This document shows, piece after piece, positions 4,218 to 5,907 of a stretch of DNA of 5,907 bases (positions are counted from its first letter, which is position 1; each line of letters begins with the position of its first letter). This DNA is from a virus. Lineage: Duplodnaviria; Heunggongvirae; Uroviricota; Caudoviricetes. Position numbers and translations under genes: made by a program. The stretch lies in IMG/VR virus record IMGVR_UViG_2681813320_000008, positions 1 to 5,907 of that record; one strand, 5' to 3'. A model generated the notes under the pieces. That model searched no databases, had not been told where the DNA came from, and saw only the letters and a list, made by a program, of their open reading frames with translations.

Positions 4218-5875
4218 TACCTGTATGGAGCACAGCCTGCCCGGACTGGGCAGAGCGCCTGAAAAAGGGGCTGTCGATTATTCCGGATCCGATTTATCCG
4301 GACGAGGCCGCACATGCCCTGGCGATTTTTAAACAACTGCGGATTGTGGATGCACCTGGTAGCCCTACGTTCGGGGAGTCCTGTGCACCGTGGGTGTTTG
4401 ACCTGGTGGCGGCCCTGTTTGGCTCCTACGATGCGCAGACCGGTGTACGCCATATCAAGGAAGTTTTTATCCTTATCCCCAAGAAAAACTCGAAGTCCAC
4501 GCTGGCCGCGGGGATCATGATGACTGCACTGTTACTGAACTGGCGGCAGGCGGCGGGTTACACGATTCTGGCCCCGACTGTGGAGGTGGCGGCCAACGCC
4601 TTCAACCCTGCCCGGGATATGGTACGACGTGACGATGATCTGGATGACCTCTGCCAGGTACAGACCCATATCCGGACCATCACCCACCGAGTGACGGACA
4701 CCACCCTGAAGGTGGTGGCAGCCGATCCGAATACGGTGTCCGGTATCAAGTCCGTGGGTACGCTGATTGATGAGTTGTGGCTGTTTGGCAAGCAGTGCAA
4801 GGCGGAGGACATGTTACGTGAAGCCATAGGCGGCCTTGCCTCCCGCCCGGAAGGGTTTGTGGTGTATACGACCACCCAGTCGAATGAACCGCCCGCCGGG
4901 GTGTTCAGACAGAAACTGCAGTACGCCCGGGATGTGCGCGACGGCAAAATTCATGATCCGCACTTTCTGCCGGTGATATTTGAACACCCTCCTGAAATGG
5001 TGGAAAGCGGGGCTAACCTGCTGATGGAAAACCTCGCCATGGTCAATCCGAATCTCGGCTATTCAGTGGATGAGGCCTTTCTGTACCGGGAGTACCGTAA
5101 AGCCCGGGAAGCCGGTGAAGAGACATTCCGGGGGTTCATGTCAAAACACGCCAATGTGGAAATTGGTCTTGCCCTGCGCTCTGACCGCTGGGCGGGGGCT
5201 GATTTCTGGGAAGAGCAGGGCCGTTGTATCAGCCTGGACGATATCCTGCGTCGTGCTGATGTGGTGACGGTGGGGATTGACGGCGGAGGGCTGGATGATC
5301 TGCTGGGGATGTATGTGACTGGGCGTGACCGGGAGACCCGCGAATGGCTGGGCTGGGGCCATGCCTGGGCGCATGAAACCGCGGTGGTCCGACGGAAGAG
5401 CGAGGCGTCCCGGTTTCAGGATCTTGTTGCCTGTGGAGATATGACCATTGTCCGGCGTGTCGGGGATGACACGGCGGAAGTGGCGGAATATGTGCGTCGC
5501 ATTCATGAGGCTGAGTTACTGGACCATATCGGTATTGACCCGTCAGGGGTGGGGCAGATTCTGGATTCACTGGCGGAAGCCGGGATCCCCGACGGAATTG
5601 TGGTGGGGATAAGCCAGGGCTGGAAACTGGGCGGGGCCATTAAAACCACCGAGCGCAAACTGGCTGAAGGGGTGCTGGTGCATGGTGACCAGCCCCTGAT
5701 GGCCTGGTGTGTCGGCAATGCCCGGGTGGAGCCTAAAGGTAACGCCATTCTTATCACCAAACAGGCCAGTGGACGGGGAAAAATTGACCCGCTGATGGCG
5801 CTGTTCAATGCGGTCTCCCTGATGTCCCTTAACCCGGAACCGAAAAAGAAAGAATATGCGGTTTTTTTCATATAA
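4214..5875 (+). CDS. terL: Terminase large subunit (Terminase_1 / HK97-like ATPase-nuclease)
   Basis: 553-aa product; Walker A-like ILIPKKNSKST; Walker B-like hydrophobic stretch ending LIDE; C-terminal nuclease-domain pattern (VTVGIDGGGLDDL ... KIDPLMALFNAVSLMS) typical of the family; translationally coupled to terS. Confidence 0.92.
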   Translation: MIPVWSTACPDWAERLKKGLSIIPDPIYPDEAAHALAIFKQLRIVDAPGSPTFGESCAPWVFDLVAALFGSYDAQTGVRHIKEVFILIPKKNSKSTLAAGIMMTALLLNWRQAAGYTILAPTVEVAANAFNPARDMVRRDDDLDDLCQVQTHIRTITHRVTDTTLKVVAADPNTVSGIKSVGTLIDELWLFGKQCKAEDMLREAIGGLASRPEGFVVYTTTQSNEPPAGVFRQKLQYARDVRDGKIHDPHFLPVIFEHPPEMVESGANLLMENLAMVNPNLGYSVDEAFLYREYRKAREAGEETFRGFMSKHANVEIGLALRSDRWAGADFWEEQGRCISLDDILRRADVVTVGIDGGGLDDLLGMYVTGRDRETREWLGWGHAWAHETAVVRRKSEASRFQDLVACGDMTIVRRVGDDTAEVAEYVRRIHEAELLDHIGIDPSGVGQILDSLAEAGIPDGIVVGISQGWKLGGAIKTTERKLAEGVLVHGDQPLMAWCVGNARVEPKGNAILITKQASGRGKIDPLMALFNAVSLMSLNPEPKKKEYAVFFI

Positions 5876-5907
5876 CCCTGTTCACACTGTAACCATCACG
5901 AACCGCT

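Noticed and set aside
3799-5871. Multiple track ORFs inside terS/terL (3799-4056 -, 3848-4453 -, 3864-4094 -, 4314-4520 +, 4558-4947 -, 5070-5267 +, 5141-5506 -, 5229-5570 -, 5503-5871 -)
   Set aside because: All are antisense or out-of-frame within the strongly supported terminase genes, with Pro/Arg/Gly-rich translations typical of off-frame reads of GC-rich coding DNA.
1-5907. tRNA, rRNA, CRISPR array, insertion sequence or integrase/attachment site
   Set aside because: No cloverleaf-like conserved tRNA motifs, no regularly spaced direct repeats with spacers, no terminal inverted repeats flanking a transposase-like ORF, and no integrase were seen; the window is internal to a phage late region.

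Overview
The window reads as the late region of a lambdoid-type temperate phage or prophage from an enterobacterial host, running from the lysis cassette into the DNA-packaging module. On the + strand, in order: a SAR-type GH24 endolysin (316-849); a stem-loop terminator (940-977); four tightly packed ORFs for tiny hydrophobic peptides (1044-1490); lambda-like spanins Rz (1492-1959) with Rz1 embedded in the +1 frame (1712-1897); a lipoprotein with a TonB C-terminal-like domain behind its own candidate promoter and operator (2298-2624); an HNH endonuclease (2998-3363); a non-coding region with five GTTAACAT motifs (3364-3653) that is probably the cos/packaging-initiation region; and terminase small (3654-4217) and large (4214-5875) subunits. 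One small ribbon-helix-helix protein (YlcI/DUF3950-like) is encoded on the - strand at 2756-2956. The most unusual content is the four-peptide cluster inserted between endolysin and spanins, followed by the TonB-domain lipoprotein and the GTTAACAT palindromes. All family assignments rest on motif recognition by eye and recalled reference sequences; no database search was run.
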